Below, in pieces: positions 6,901 to 15,447 of a DNA stretch of 50,037 nucleotides. A model generated the notes under the pieces. The model did no database searches, had not been told where the DNA came from, and saw only the letters and a list, made by a program, of their open reading frames with translations. Source of the stretch: a virus. Positions within the stretch are counted from its first letter, which is position 1. Each line of letters starts with the position of its first letter. The position numbers were made by a program, and so were the translations under genes. The stretch lies in the IMG/VR virus record IMGVR_UViG_3300020559_000006; one strand, 5' to 3'.

Positions 6901-9071
6901 GCACTCCCTGGGGCTGTCTGTCGGTTTGCATCTAAGTGAAAACCAATTGCAGATCGTTGAGTGCGAAAAGTGGGATTTACAGGAATAAATCTTGATCCAA
7001 CTCCTGCTCCCATCCCTGCAACTTCGCCACCAATATTGTAAGTGCCATATTCAACAGGTGCTAGTGATCCGCTTTGAGTAGTTCCACCTGCCCCGAACAT
7101 TCCTTGGGTGCGACGAGTACCGCTATTTACAGTGTGTTGAGCGATCGCCCGTCCTTGATCGTCATAAACTACCAAGGCTATTTTCTCTAGCCCGTTTTCG
7201 TCTTTTTGCCCAGTGCGGCGCATGATTACCTTGCTTTTGGGGTTCGCGGGTGATCCTAACCCAAAAAAACCTTGCACGCCCTGAACGATGTTCCCTATTA
7301 TGTTATTACCATTACCAGAGTTAGGTGACGATGCCTGTAGCTGTGCTTGCGGCTGTGTCGTTGGTTGTTGATTTTGTCCTGTTGCCCATTTCCAAAATTC
7401 CTCAGCCTTCTTGGTAGCTAATTGAAACGCGCTGCCAATTCCCGGTATTCCTTGACTTGCAAATTCCCCAGCTTTTTGAATAGCACTACCAATATTTGAT
7501 GTCCATTTACCAATATTTTCGCCAATAGCTTGAGTAATTGAAACTGCGGTTTTTAGCCCTGCATTCAACAAATTAATGCCGTTAGTTGTGAGATTTACAA
7601 CACCATTAAATAAGGACTGAATCAACTTAATCAATGATTTAACTAAATTTACACAGGTATTCCATGCCGCAACAATTCCATCAGCGATCGCTTTTGATAT
7701 ATCAATGGTTTTCTGCCAAATATTATTTAAAGTTGGTTCACTGGCAACCCAAATATCAGCCGCGCCTCTAGCACCTGCTTGGATACCACCAACAATTAAA
7801 TTTATCCCATCAAAAATAAATTTTAACCCGTCAAAAACGACTTTAACTACTCCCCAAAAATCATTAAAGGCAGTAGACATATCCCTGATAATATTCGGGT
7901 TAGTTTCTAAATATTTGGTGAAACTTGTTATCCCGTCTAATAATAATTTAAACGCACCCGCTACTAACTCTTGAATAGCTTTATTTAGGGATTGAACCAA
8001 CTGCGGATTAGCTTTAAAAGTTCCGACTAATTTCTCAGATTCTTTGCGGACATCCTTCATGATTCCGTTAGAAGATGTCAAGCCAGACACAATATCACCA
8101 AATGTCTGGACAATGAAATTCATGATCGGCTCAAATGCCACGCCGATTGATTTCTGGAACTGATAAAAAGTATCTTGGACGTTGGATAGACGACCTTCTA
8201 AAGTTTTTGCTTTATTCTCCATTGCCCCAAAATACGCCCCGCCCTCAGCACTCATGCGGCGTAAAGCTTCCTCAAGGTGACGAAATTCTAGTTTTCCGTC
8301 TGTGGCCAGTTGTCTAATTTCAGATTCCTTTGCCCCTAGCATTTTGGCAAGTTCAGCCCGAAGCTGCACCCCGCGCCCCGTAAATTGGTCAATGTCTTCA
8401 TTCTGTAATTTCCCCTCAGTCCGTGATTTGGCGTAAACTTCCATCAAGTCGCCAAGTCTGGCGTTAGCACCTGCGGCGACATCACCAATGGTTTTGAGGT
8501 CTTTGATAATCTGATCTGGTTTTGCACCGGTTGCTAAGTTTTGGATTGCTGCTTGCTGTAAATCCTTTAGCTCAAACGGTGTAGTAGCTGCAAACTTCTC
8601 TAACTTGCCGACAAAATCATCAATTTCTTTTTGATTGCCCTTGAGGAAGGTTTTTAGTGAAGATTCAAAGTTTTGGAAGTCTTTGGTAACATTGAAAATC
8701 TCACCCGCGAATTGTTGAACCGCACCCAGTGCCGAACCAACTACACCAGTAATTGAGTTAAACGCCCCAATCCCAGCCCCAACAAAAACACCATTAAAGA
8801 CATTGCTTAAAATGCCCTTAATCGGCTCAACTGCGTTCTTGAATCTATCCGTGAAAGTTCTCCCCGCGGCCTGTCCGGCACTCGCAGCTTGAGCAGTTGC
8901 TTGGTTTAAACCTCCTAGCCTGTTTCCTCCGACACTTCCAAAGGCTTGGTTTATCTGCTTCTCAATACCCTTGGCTACCTGCGTGGCGTAAGCCTTGGTT
9001 TGATTCAATTGTTGGTATAGTGCGGCTTGGTTGGCCGTTAGCTGTAGTTCAAGAGTACCAAGGGAAGTCAT
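3960..9071 (-). CDS. Tail tape measure protein with embedded GH24 lysozyme and YkuD-like (L,D-transpeptidase fold) domains
   Basis: 1703 aa. TP901-type TMP core (FELKDLQQAAIQNLATGAKPDQIIKDLKTIGDVAAGANARLGDLMEVYAK...). Lysozyme LVKKSEGFAATPYFD...NQLDALTSFAFNVG at ~6225-6640. IGFHLDAN...GSAGCIVF at ~6885-6950. Long coiled coil and Gly-rich C-terminus. Confidence 0.9.
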   Translation of the reverse strand: MTSLGTLELQLTANQAALYQQLNQTKAYATQVAKGIEKQINQAFGSVGGNRLGGLNQATAQAASAGQAAGRTFTDRFKNAVEPIKGILSNVFNGVFVGAGIGAFNSITGVVGSALGAVQQFAGEIFNVTKDFQNFESSLKTFLKGNQKEIDDFVGKLEKFAATTPFELKDLQQAAIQNLATGAKPDQIIKDLKTIGDVAAGANARLGDLMEVYAKSRTEGKLQNEDIDQFTGRGVQLRAELAKMLGAKESEIRQLATDGKLEFRHLEEALRRMSAEGGAYFGAMENKAKTLEGRLSNVQDTFYQFQKSIGVAFEPIMNFIVQTFGDIVSGLTSSNGIMKDVRKESEKLVGTFKANPQLVQSLNKAIQELVAGAFKLLLDGITSFTKYLETNPNIIRDMSTAFNDFWGVVKVVFDGLKFIFDGINLIVGGIQAGARGAADIWVASEPTLNNIWQKTIDISKAIADGIVAAWNTCVNLVKSLIKLIQSLFNGVVNLTTNGINLLNAGLKTAVSITQAIGENIGKWTSNIGSAIQKAGEFASQGIPGIGSAFQLATKKAEEFWKWATGQNQQPTTQPQAQLQASSPNSGNGNNIIGNIVQGVQGFFGLGSPANPKSKVIMRRTGQKDENGLEKIALVVYDDQGRAIAQHTVNSGTRRTQGMFGAGGTTQSGSLAPVEYGTYNIGGEVAGMGAGVGSRFIPVNPTFRTQRSAIGFHLDANRQTAPGSAGCIVFANQQEFDSFRNALKQSGAKQLIFDEGKGQVGIVNAVVGTELNSFKPIQEAAKNALPTGAGLSSRTANIVRGKNEEIFGKAGVTDSLVALVKKSEGFAATPYFDRTQYSVGFGTKAKSTGDRLTVEEANQRLLNELLYKRSRVQKMVKVPINNNQLDALTSFAFNVGEGALGESTLLKKLNSGDYAGAAKEFLRWNKGEHRGVKQALPGLTKRRNSEMQLFLSQSNTTPAQQAAIGERRTGNGELAQTPGVAQGGNAEDQRNLLAARRKLAETKYREIKDEIDAATKQADNAQKQQRELDAKKRDQLDKEKRAEFAAYEALAPDDEAKKIIQKRAKQYEIDNRYQENLIKFSQEREDLLDARNKKLEILAAAKKRGETVTPDDAGVDYSKAINQLDEIIKSQKQLRDLELETNNLNQSSAEKEIEKNKDRQREIEKLSRVHEAYINQLKLQQSLVGDDATKQGIQLTIDKAQIEYSAKAALMPLQNQLYDLQDRKVYLLGEGGLKKDSEEVKRLQKDINNLVAQIHSIANKGGVDLKLFENQRKQIELQNQRLRESEKQEIEHNKQVLELNKEISTARTQQQKAELQFQLDKINAIQQEKQVLTTLKQEYDDLTQGREKLINEGKLDAASDVIKVLDGKIADLNEKIKILGEQSKSSFETLTREGQKTIEQGRFADLESALSKEASMLPAQTGLIRRRGGNEYEVSALEAEAARMEEQFRYKQELLQIEQQIAAAKGKANEYTEQEIAALQANAEAINKINLEGISQQVKTLGKDLLDVGKNALGSFFGDIISGSKSAGDAFKDLIGSIAQQLTQLAVNSLISSIFGGGGGLFGGGGGKGGGILGFSEGYVPNYATGNSNPISEALNRERVQSGGRKAILGVFNEDEMILTAEQSKRFQELRLDKILNFANGGIVGGGQNLSNEIGSKNMNINIPVTVEGGGDSSVNVPQLQNSLRSVVLAEIQKQQRPGGALNR

Positions 9072-9150
9072 AGGAATAAACCCGCCTCAATGTTATAGGC
9101 ATTTGAATGATTTTTCCCTTAAAAAGCTAGGATTAGATCATCTAAAATTG

Positions 9151-9759
9151 CTATAATCGAATTATCTCATAGAAAAAATTGCCATTATTTTCTGATATCC
9201 ATCCAGAAGATTCGCTATTGTATCTGTGAGCATGGATTTTGTAGCCAGGATTTTTCGTTAATGGTTCAGTAATAAAACTGGGGTCAAACCAGATTATTCG
9301 GTTGTTGGGTTGAATGGCGAAACAACCGTTATCAAGTTTTAAAACATGGCCACATTTATGTTCGCTTGGATCTTCCGCCCAATCTCCACCAACCCAATCA
9401 ATTGTGAACATATACTCACCGTCATACCATTTTCCATCTTTGAGAATGGTTTTACAACGTAGTTCGGAAAGGTAGGAATAGGCGATCGCACATGGCTGAT
9501 AACTCAAGCAATCCCACAATTGCAACCAATCTAATGGTAGTTGCTCGCAATCTTCTCTCCAAGCGAGAGCATGAATTGGGACTCTAGCAAATTGCGCTCC
9601 CTGGTTAGTAACTAAATTAAACCCAACTGCCCGACCAGGAATAGAAGTCATGCCGAATACCCGGACGGGTACGCATCCTGTTTGCTGTAAATCCCAATCA
9701 TAAAGAAATGACTTGTTAATAAAACATTTGAAGTGGGGGATATCTACATTGAAGGTCAT
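9151..9759 (-). CDS. Hypothetical protein (202 aa)
   Basis: ORF in the tail operon; no motif recognised. Confidence 0.55.
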   Translation of the reverse strand: MTFNVDIPHFKCFINKSFLYDWDLQQTGCVPVRVFGMTSIPGRAVGFNLVTNQGAQFARVPIHALAWREDCEQLPLDWLQLWDCLSYQPCAIAYSYLSELRCKTILKDGKWYDGEYMFTIDWVGGDWAEDPSEHKCGHVLKLDNGCFAIQPNNRIIWFDPSFITEPLTKNPGYKIHAHRYNSESSGWISENNGNFFYEIIRL

Positions 9760-9843
9760 GTGCGATCGTAAAATAAAATCACCATTGTAACAACAAAACC
9801 GCCACTTGTGTAGCGGTTGTTGCGACAGTCATACGACTATCCC

Positions 9844-10524
9844 CTAACCCTGCTTTAAATTCATCAAAAATTGATACATGACTTGATTGTGTCTCGCGTC
9901 AGCTAAAGCATTATGCTCACCAGATTCTTGTTTTGGTAGTTCAGGATTACCTAAGTCATCACACAACTGCTTGATGTCTTTTGTGTACATAGGAAATCCA
10001 TTTGGCAATGCAATCATTGCCCCAAATAATTGGCAGAATACGACATGATCGTAATCTGCATAGTAACCCCATATTTCAGGCTTTGCTCTACCAATCCCTA
10101 AGCTGTATTTTGTTTTAGTCTTTGAATGATAAGCAAACACCTGGGTTGCTTGCATTAACCTGATTAGCCAAATTGGAGATTGAGATTGAATTTTTAGTAG
10201 AAATTTATTCCATCCGGTTGGTTTTACTGATTCTACTTCACCATAGCAATAGAAGAAATTAGCAACTTCTTCCGCTATCTCAGCCTTCGTTTTCCATACT
10301 TTTGATTCCTCCCAAAGACGTGGTGAAACCTCAATAGGCAACGGATCTTTGGGAGGTAACTTAGAAATTACATTATTCTTTACCCATTGGGATGCTTTAG
10401 TTAAATCACAATCCCTATTGACGGCATAAAATTCTCTGCCATCCTCGCAGACAATCCCTATAGATATCAATGATATAGTCGTTCCGTCCTCTATAAATTC
10501 TGTGTCTAGAAAATATTTGGTCAT
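9844..10524 (-). CDS. DEDDh 3'-5' exonuclease (DnaQ-like fold)
   Basis: Exo I FLDTEF, Exo II YYADYDHVV, Exo III HNALADARH. Start taken at MTKYFLD. Confidence 0.7.
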   Translation of the reverse strand: MTKYFLDTEFIEDGTTISLISIGIVCEDGREFYAVNRDCDLTKASQWVKNNVISKLPPKDPLPIEVSPRLWEESKVWKTKAEIAEEVANFFYCYGEVESVKPTGWNKFLLKIQSQSPIWLIRLMQATQVFAYHSKTKTKYSLGIGRAKPEIWGYYADYDHVVFCQLFGAMIALPNGFPMYTKDIKQLCDDLGNPELPKQESGEHNALADARHNQVMYQFLMNLKQG

Positions 10525-10568
10525 AAATGTGATCCGCAAAATAAAAGAAGTGTTGTAAATCTAACACG

Positions 10569-10838
10569 CTATTTAACTAATTTCTCAATCTCTCCCTCAA
10601 TATCTGCAAATGCCCCAAGCACACGGGGAGGAAGAATACCAATGTCGCGCAACTCAATATAAATTTGTGCTGTTTCCCGCGACATTGGTATTTTCTGCTT
10701 TTGCCCCTGTTCCGTATCTGGAAATGGCAAGAAGTCTTGTAATGTCGCTTTCTCAGAGAACGACGCGCCAATTTTAGCGATCGCACTTGATTCTAAATTG
10801 GTGTGCAATTTGTACTGACGGTACAAACTTTCCACCAT
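10569..10838 (-). CDS. Hypothetical protein (positional tail-chaperone candidate)
   Basis: 89-aa ORF between the major tail and tape measure genes. Confidence 0.4.
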   Translation of the reverse strand: MVESLYRQYKLHTNLESSAIAKIGASFSEKATLQDFLPFPDTEQGQKQKIPMSRETAQIYIELRDIGILPPRVLGAFADIEGEIEKLVK

Positions 10839-10846
10839 TTCCCGAA

Positions 10847-11635
10847 TTACCCAACAAGGGACGCGGTGGAAGTTTCTTCTGTGATAACTGGGGTCTGTGA
10901 CTCCAAAATACTGGATGGTGTAATAGGACTCTCGGTAGAACTCACGTTCTTTTTCCGTGAGCTCTTGGTACTCTTGAAGCCTTTTGATTGCTCCCCCAGC
11001 GTTACTTCCTCTGGTTCTTGTTCAACTGTAAATATTGGCAATTCCGCCCATTCCCTCTCTTCGCCTAACGTGAATGAGAATAATTGTGAGTATAAGTTTT
11101 GGGGAAGTTTGCGGACAATTTGACGGATAATATCATCTCTGTTTTGATCAGACATCCATCTTTCTTCGGGAACTGCCATCAATTGAGAGCATTTTTCCTT
11201 GTCAGGCGAACAGCGGAATGATGCTTTGAGATTATCAATATTAGCCAATATCCAATCAGGCGCAAGTCGTGATTTTAAAATCATGATTGCAACTTCCTGA
11301 GATTGTCGCTCAACCATCATTTCAGGCTTTTTAATTCTACCTAGTTCGTTGCGGTAGTCAATCGCAAATGTAAGCAATCGGTCTATTTCTTCCTCAGTTT
11401 TACCCGTGTTTCCTTCTAAAGTTCTGCGAATTAAACCAATTGCTTCTTGTTGGGAAATTTTTTCTTTCTCAACAACAATATCTGCAATTTCCGCCAATGG
11501 AGCAATTTCTTGGAATTGCACATTACGGATTTTATCTGCCATATAATCTTTTTCTTCTGGGTTTAATCCGCCCATTTTAGGCAGCGGAAAACCAGCAATA
11601 ACAACTATCTCAGGGATTCCCCAGGGGTTCTGCAT
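10847..11635 (-). CDS. Hypothetical protein (positional tail assembly chaperone candidate)
   Basis: 262-aa helical, acidic ORF downstream of the major tail gene. No slippery heptamer found. Confidence 0.45.
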   Translation of the reverse strand: MQNPWGIPEIVVIAGFPLPKMGGLNPEEKDYMADKIRNVQFQEIAPLAEIADIVVEKEKISQQEAIGLIRRTLEGNTGKTEEEIDRLLTFAIDYRNELGRIKKPEMMVERQSQEVAIMILKSRLAPDWILANIDNLKASFRCSPDKEKCSQLMAVPEERWMSDQNRDDIIRQIVRKLPQNLYSQLFSFTLGEEREWAELPIFTVEQEPEEVTLGEQSKGFKSTKSSRKKNVSSTESPITPSSILESQTPVITEETSTASLVG

Positions 11636-11873
11636 ATTCTATCCTTATATCGTCTTGTGGTGAGAGTAATCGGGTAAAAGTGGGATTTTTCCTAATGGCT
11701 TCTGGTACGACAATTAAACAGATTTTCTCACCAGATAAACTGTACACAGGCATATTTACAGGTAGTCCAGATGTGAAATAAGCCGCACCACAAATCAAGT
11801 GATCTGAGCGCAGCTTACAATTAATCAACGCTACTGTATGTCCGGTTGAGTGGAGGCATTTATGCAATGTCAT
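11610..11873 (-). CDS. Hypothetical protein (87 aa, Cys/His-rich)
   Basis: ORF immediately after the major tail gene; overlaps the next ORF by 26 nt. Confidence 0.4.
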   Translation of the reverse strand: MTLHKCLHSTGHTVALINCKLRSDHLICGAAYFTSGLPVNMPVYSLSGEKICLIVVPEAIRKNPTFTRLLSPQDDIRIEYAEPLGNP

Positions 11874-11876
11874 CTA

Positions 11877-12590
11877 TTAGGAAATAGTTACAGTTGTCGG
11901 GGGTGTATAGAAATAGCTATCACCTTGGATCTGTGCGCTACAACTGAAAGCCCGTTTTTCCTGAACTGGGTTTTGAGGTGATGCCGATTCAAGTAAGGCT
12001 ACACCCTCATGGGCTTCACCGCTTGGGAATGCCAGCCTAAAATAAAACTCACGCCCAGCAAAAGCGTCTTGATGAGCAATCTTCCGAAGAATGCCACCGC
12101 CTAGGTCTCCATAGACTAGGTTGAAGTCTAAAGCCATTGTCTTGGCATTACCTACCGTCACTTTTTCCGTGCCTAAGCCACTTAAATAATTAGTGGTGTC
12201 GGAGTTTTTTATCTGGGGTGTAATGGTAGCGTTTGTACACCCTGCGACGAACACAAGGGCTTTAGTTGTTGCAGTTGCCGCGCTGGCAACTGAGGCTGAT
12301 AGCGGCAAGGTGTGGATTGACGTTGCAGCAGCGGCAGCGCGATTACTGACTGTCACTGTGGTACTTCCGAAGGTTAGGATAGTCCCAGCATCCAACGCCA
12401 CTGGCAAGGCTGCCACATTAATAGATTCCGCGCCAGATAGTGCAGATGCAGAGGTGGTGATTGTGTAGGAGGGCGGTGTTCTAGAACTGATAACAATGTT
12501 GCCGACTGTTTGCGTGGGTAATTCACCAATCTGGAAGGTAATTCCCAGCGTAGTTTCAACAACTGAGGGGCGGGCAATAACTAAAGGCAT
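11877..12590 (-). CDS. Major tail (tube) protein candidate
   Basis: 237 aa, Ser/Thr/Ala-rich and beta-type. Sits upstream of the chaperone-position ORFs and the tape measure. Confidence 0.5.
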   Translation of the reverse strand: MPLVIARPSVVETTLGITFQIGELPTQTVGNIVISSRTPPSYTITTSASALSGAESINVAALPVALDAGTILTFGSTTVTVSNRAAAAATSIHTLPLSASVASAATATTKALVFVAGCTNATITPQIKNSDTTNYLSGLGTEKVTVGNAKTMALDFNLVYGDLGGGILRKIAHQDAFAGREFYFRLAFPSGEAHEGVALLESASPQNPVQEKRAFSCSAQIQGDSYFYTPPTTVTIS

Positions 12591-12627
12591 AGGATGTATT
12601 TATATGACTGCCTTTAGTTTTCCCTTT

Positions 12628-13404
12628 TTAAATATTTAGGTAAGTGTCTGTTTCAACATTAAAATTACCTGTGTACCTGACGTTTTTAGTAACCCTCAAA
12701 ACATTTACATGAGCTTTTATGGCAGTTGTGTAATCCATGCCTCCGCCAATAGTATGGGCATTGAATAAAGTTGTTTGACTTGCAAAGTTATTATTGTTGA
12801 AAGCTTGAACTACTCCATTAATGCAAAGATAGATAATAGTTGCTTGAGGAATTGTAGAATCTATGCAAGCGGCTAAATGATTGAAATCATTTACATAAGG
12901 TTGAGTAAAAACTACTTCAGTCTCAGTACCTTGGCTTGTAGTCCAAGTGAAGTGTAGGGATATCGTGGGATTTTCTATTAATAGAGATGAAGTAGTATAA
13001 CCCATTCGCCAGCGACCATTAACCGCTACAGCTTTATAATTCCCGATTATGCCTGATACCCAACCTATCGCTGGTTCTGTTATTTTGATCAAAGAATCTA
13101 TAGTTTTTTTGCTCCCTGCAAAGGGAGCAAAATTAGACACAAAATCAGAACCTAGGGTGAGGTGGTTAGCACCCGAAAAAAACAAACTACCAAGACCATA
13201 CTTTTTAGGGTTAATTGTATTAATTACTCCGTTTTGGTTCATGATTGAATGATTAAAACTAGAATTATCAACAATATTCGTATTATTAGTGCCATTGCCT
13301 TTAAGAAGCAATACAACACTATTTAAATATGGATCAACGTTAGGATTGGGATCTGGTTGGGGAGAAGAAACGCTTGTCAATAACCCGCTTCCTAATATGC
13401 TCAT
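12628..13404 (-). CDS. LamG/concanavalin-like jelly-roll protein (tail fibre accessory)
   Basis: LLLKGNGTNNTNIVDNS...HLTLG pattern. Resembles 42996..43844. Confidence 0.45.
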   Translation of the reverse strand: MSILGSGLLTSVSSPQPDPNPNVDPYLNSVVLLLKGNGTNNTNIVDNSSFNHSIMNQNGVINTINPKKYGLGSLFFSGANHLTLGSDFVSNFAPFAGSKKTIDSLIKITEPAIGWVSGIIGNYKAVAVNGRWRMGYTTSSLLIENPTISLHFTWTTSQGTETEVVFTQPYVNDFNHLAACIDSTIPQATIIYLCINGVVQAFNNNNFASQTTLFNAHTIGGGMDYTTAIKAHVNVLRVTKNVRYTGNFNVETDTYLNI

Positions 13405-13427
13405 AGTATTTTTCTGTAATTTGACAA

Positions 13428-14387
13428 TTAATCAGGTATGAACTGCAATCCGCGCAACTGGAAAAAATAGCCTGTTTGTCCTCCGTTATCAGACCGGAGA
13501 ACTTGGATATAATGAGTGCCGGGGTTTAAGCTTCCTAACTTAATCTGGTATTCCTGGGGGGATGCACCACCTTCGGCTGTTGCGCCATATTTAAATTCTC
13601 CATTCAACCAGATAAAAATGGCGTTGTCTATTCCAGCCTCAATTACTGCATTATTCAATTTTTGAGTAAGGTTAATAGGGTAAATAATCGCGTTTTCTGT
13701 GAACAAAACCCATTGCAGAGGAATAGATTGTAGATCCGACCAATAGCCGTTCCCGATAGCCGTCATTGGATTTGTGAGCCATGCGCCTAAGATAGACGCG
13801 ACTGGGGTTAAATCTGGCTCAGGCAGTGTCGCTTCCCCTGTAAATTGGAGGATATTCCCTAGGCTCGAATTGTAATATCCTAGGAGGTTGCTAAAATAGA
13901 CATCAGAGTAATGTCCCGGAGGTAGAACTAGAGTTCCACTGGATAATTTACTTGTCTTGAATATTCCTGTGATTTGATATTGATCCACCCCCAATCTTAT
14001 GTTTTGCCATTGTTCACAAGTAAATTCTTGGTAATCAATCACGCCATTGTTAGGGCTCCATAAAAATGAAGTTCCTGATAAAGTCCGCAGTTGATTTAAT
14101 AGATCATTCACCTGTGACCCAATCAGTACAGGCGACGTTATAGACCATTCTTCATTTATCTGATCAACGCCTTGAAAAACCGTTTGCTGATATCCGTCAC
14201 CTAGCTTATTTATTAATAGTGGGAGTGATGCTTTTTTGGATGCACTCCACAACGGGTTAAGAATTAAAACGGGTTTAACGCTGCCATCATTTACGGCATT
14301 TTCACAGGCTGTTAAATCTGCATAAAGCCCCGGCGTACCGTAAACAGAATCAAGTATGCAACTAAAATTAATGTAATCGTAAGGCAT
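13428..14387 (-). CDS. Tail fibre / receptor-binding candidate
   Basis: 319-aa beta-rich ORF in the fibre block. Confidence 0.35.
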   Translation of the reverse strand: MPYDYINFSCILDSVYGTPGLYADLTACENAVNDGSVKPVLILNPLWSASKKASLPLLINKLGDGYQQTVFQGVDQINEEWSITSPVLIGSQVNDLLNQLRTLSGTSFLWSPNNGVIDYQEFTCEQWQNIRLGVDQYQITGIFKTSKLSSGTLVLPPGHYSDVYFSNLLGYYNSSLGNILQFTGEATLPEPDLTPVASILGAWLTNPMTAIGNGYWSDLQSIPLQWVLFTENAIIYPINLTQKLNNAVIEAGIDNAIFIWLNGEFKYGATAEGGASPQEYQIKLGSLNPGTHYIQVLRSDNGGQTGYFFQLRGLQFIPD

Positions 14388-14846
14388 TTAATTAAGTGCC
14401 TCTTGAACTTGTGAAGCATTGACAGGGTAAACCCCTAAATCTTCAGCGCGTGATTGTCCGGGTATTTGTGATTGGTAGCTTGGGTCTAGTTCGGTTTCTC
14501 CTAGTTTTGCGATAATAGCGTCATAGGAAGATTGAGACAAAACACCACCTGCAAGCAGTGCTTGAGTATTGCCAATTATCCAAGTTAAATTTTTTTGTTG
14601 AAGTGCATCCAACACCCGGTCATAGGTTTTAGTTTCGTATATTGCAAACACTTCTTGCGGCTTAACCAAAGTAATTACTTCCTCAATTGTCGGTATTTTA
14701 GGTACTTCTGTTTGCGTATCTGGATTTGCTATTAATGGACGATTGTTTAACAGATTAGCAATAGCCGGATAATTTTGTGCTGTCACTAAATCGGCGTATT
14801 CCATATTAGCTAATTCAGTTTGTAAAATCTCAATTCTCGATGTCAT
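14388..14846 (-). CDS. Conserved small protein, paralogue of 43890..44321
   Basis: Shares LLNNRPLIANP/YLNDKVLVNNP, TIEEV/TLEEV, WIIGN/WIVGN, GGxLSQxSxDAII and DPxYQxQI with the other copy. Start taken at MTSRIE. Confidence 0.55.
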   Translation of the reverse strand: MTSRIEILQTELANMEYADLVTAQNYPAIANLLNNRPLIANPDTQTEVPKIPTIEEVITLVKPQEVFAIYETKTYDRVLDALQQKNLTWIIGNTQALLAGGVLSQSSYDAIIAKLGETELDPSYQSQIPGQSRAEDLGVYPVNASQVQEALN

Positions 14847-14850
14847 TTTA

Positions 14851-15444
14851 TCAAGCCCCCGTGTAATATCCAATTGAATAGCCAACAGAATTAGCACCAC
14901 TTAAATTTAAAATTAGTGCGGTATTTGTGGCTAATTTTATCTCCCTTCTTTCGGGAAAAGTCAGTGCTAAACCGCTTCCTTGGGTTTGCCCTAAGCATCG
15001 AAGTAAATTACTAGAACCCTTCAGAATTATCGTTGTTGCCGTTGTAGATTCATTTTGCAAAACTAAGTGAGTAATGTAAATTGAAAGTCCACTACCAGGT
15101 GCGGCAACAATAGTATTATCCCCACTGGTTGCAATAGTCCCGGACACAGGGGTGATAGTCGGTTTTTCAGGAATGTTCCTAACGATTAGACCTCGCTCAG
15201 TCCCCATAGGTGTTGCGTTAGTTGCCCTGAGAGCTTGTAGATTCGTACCATCAGAAGCACCGATCAAAGTCGCGTCTGCCGGCACTGTTCCCCCAGTCGC
15301 AACGACGGACGGGTTGGATGCCGTAATACTCCCATTAATCTCAAAAATGGCGACATCAGGATTGTTCGTCGTCCCTGCTGACGTAGCAGATAACGCCCGT
15401 TGCCTTATAGTCCCAGTTCCGTCAATATATGGTGCTGTAGCCAT
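14851..15444 (-). CDS. Fibre-like structural protein
   Basis: 197 aa, Thr/Ser/Gly/Ala-rich, directly downstream of the J homologue. Confidence 0.4.
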   Translation of the reverse strand: MATAPYIDGTGTIRQRALSATSAGTTNNPDVAIFEINGSITASNPSVVATGGTVPADATLIGASDGTNLQALRATNATPMGTERGLIVRNIPEKPTITPVSGTIATSGDNTIVAAPGSGLSIYITHLVLQNESTTATTIILKGSSNLLRCLGQTQGSGLALTFPERREIKLATNTALILNLSGANSVGYSIGYYTGA

Positions 15445-15447
15445 TTG

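Noticed and set aside
4330-8317. Plus-strand ORFs inside the tape measure gene (4330..4590 Pro-rich, 4612..5100, 6685..6939, 6741..6935, 7705..7974, 8135..8317)
   Set aside because: They are antisense shadows of a 5.1-kb gene with strong homology-like motifs. They have low-complexity or odd composition and no RBS.
10838-11640. Lambda G/GT-style programmed frameshift among 11610..11873, 10847..11635 and 10569..10838
   Set aside because: The frame relationship 10847..11635 to 10569..10838 is -1, and that frame stays open upstream of 10838. However, I found no XXXYYYZ slippery heptamer near the stop, and the proteins show no recognisable G/T features.
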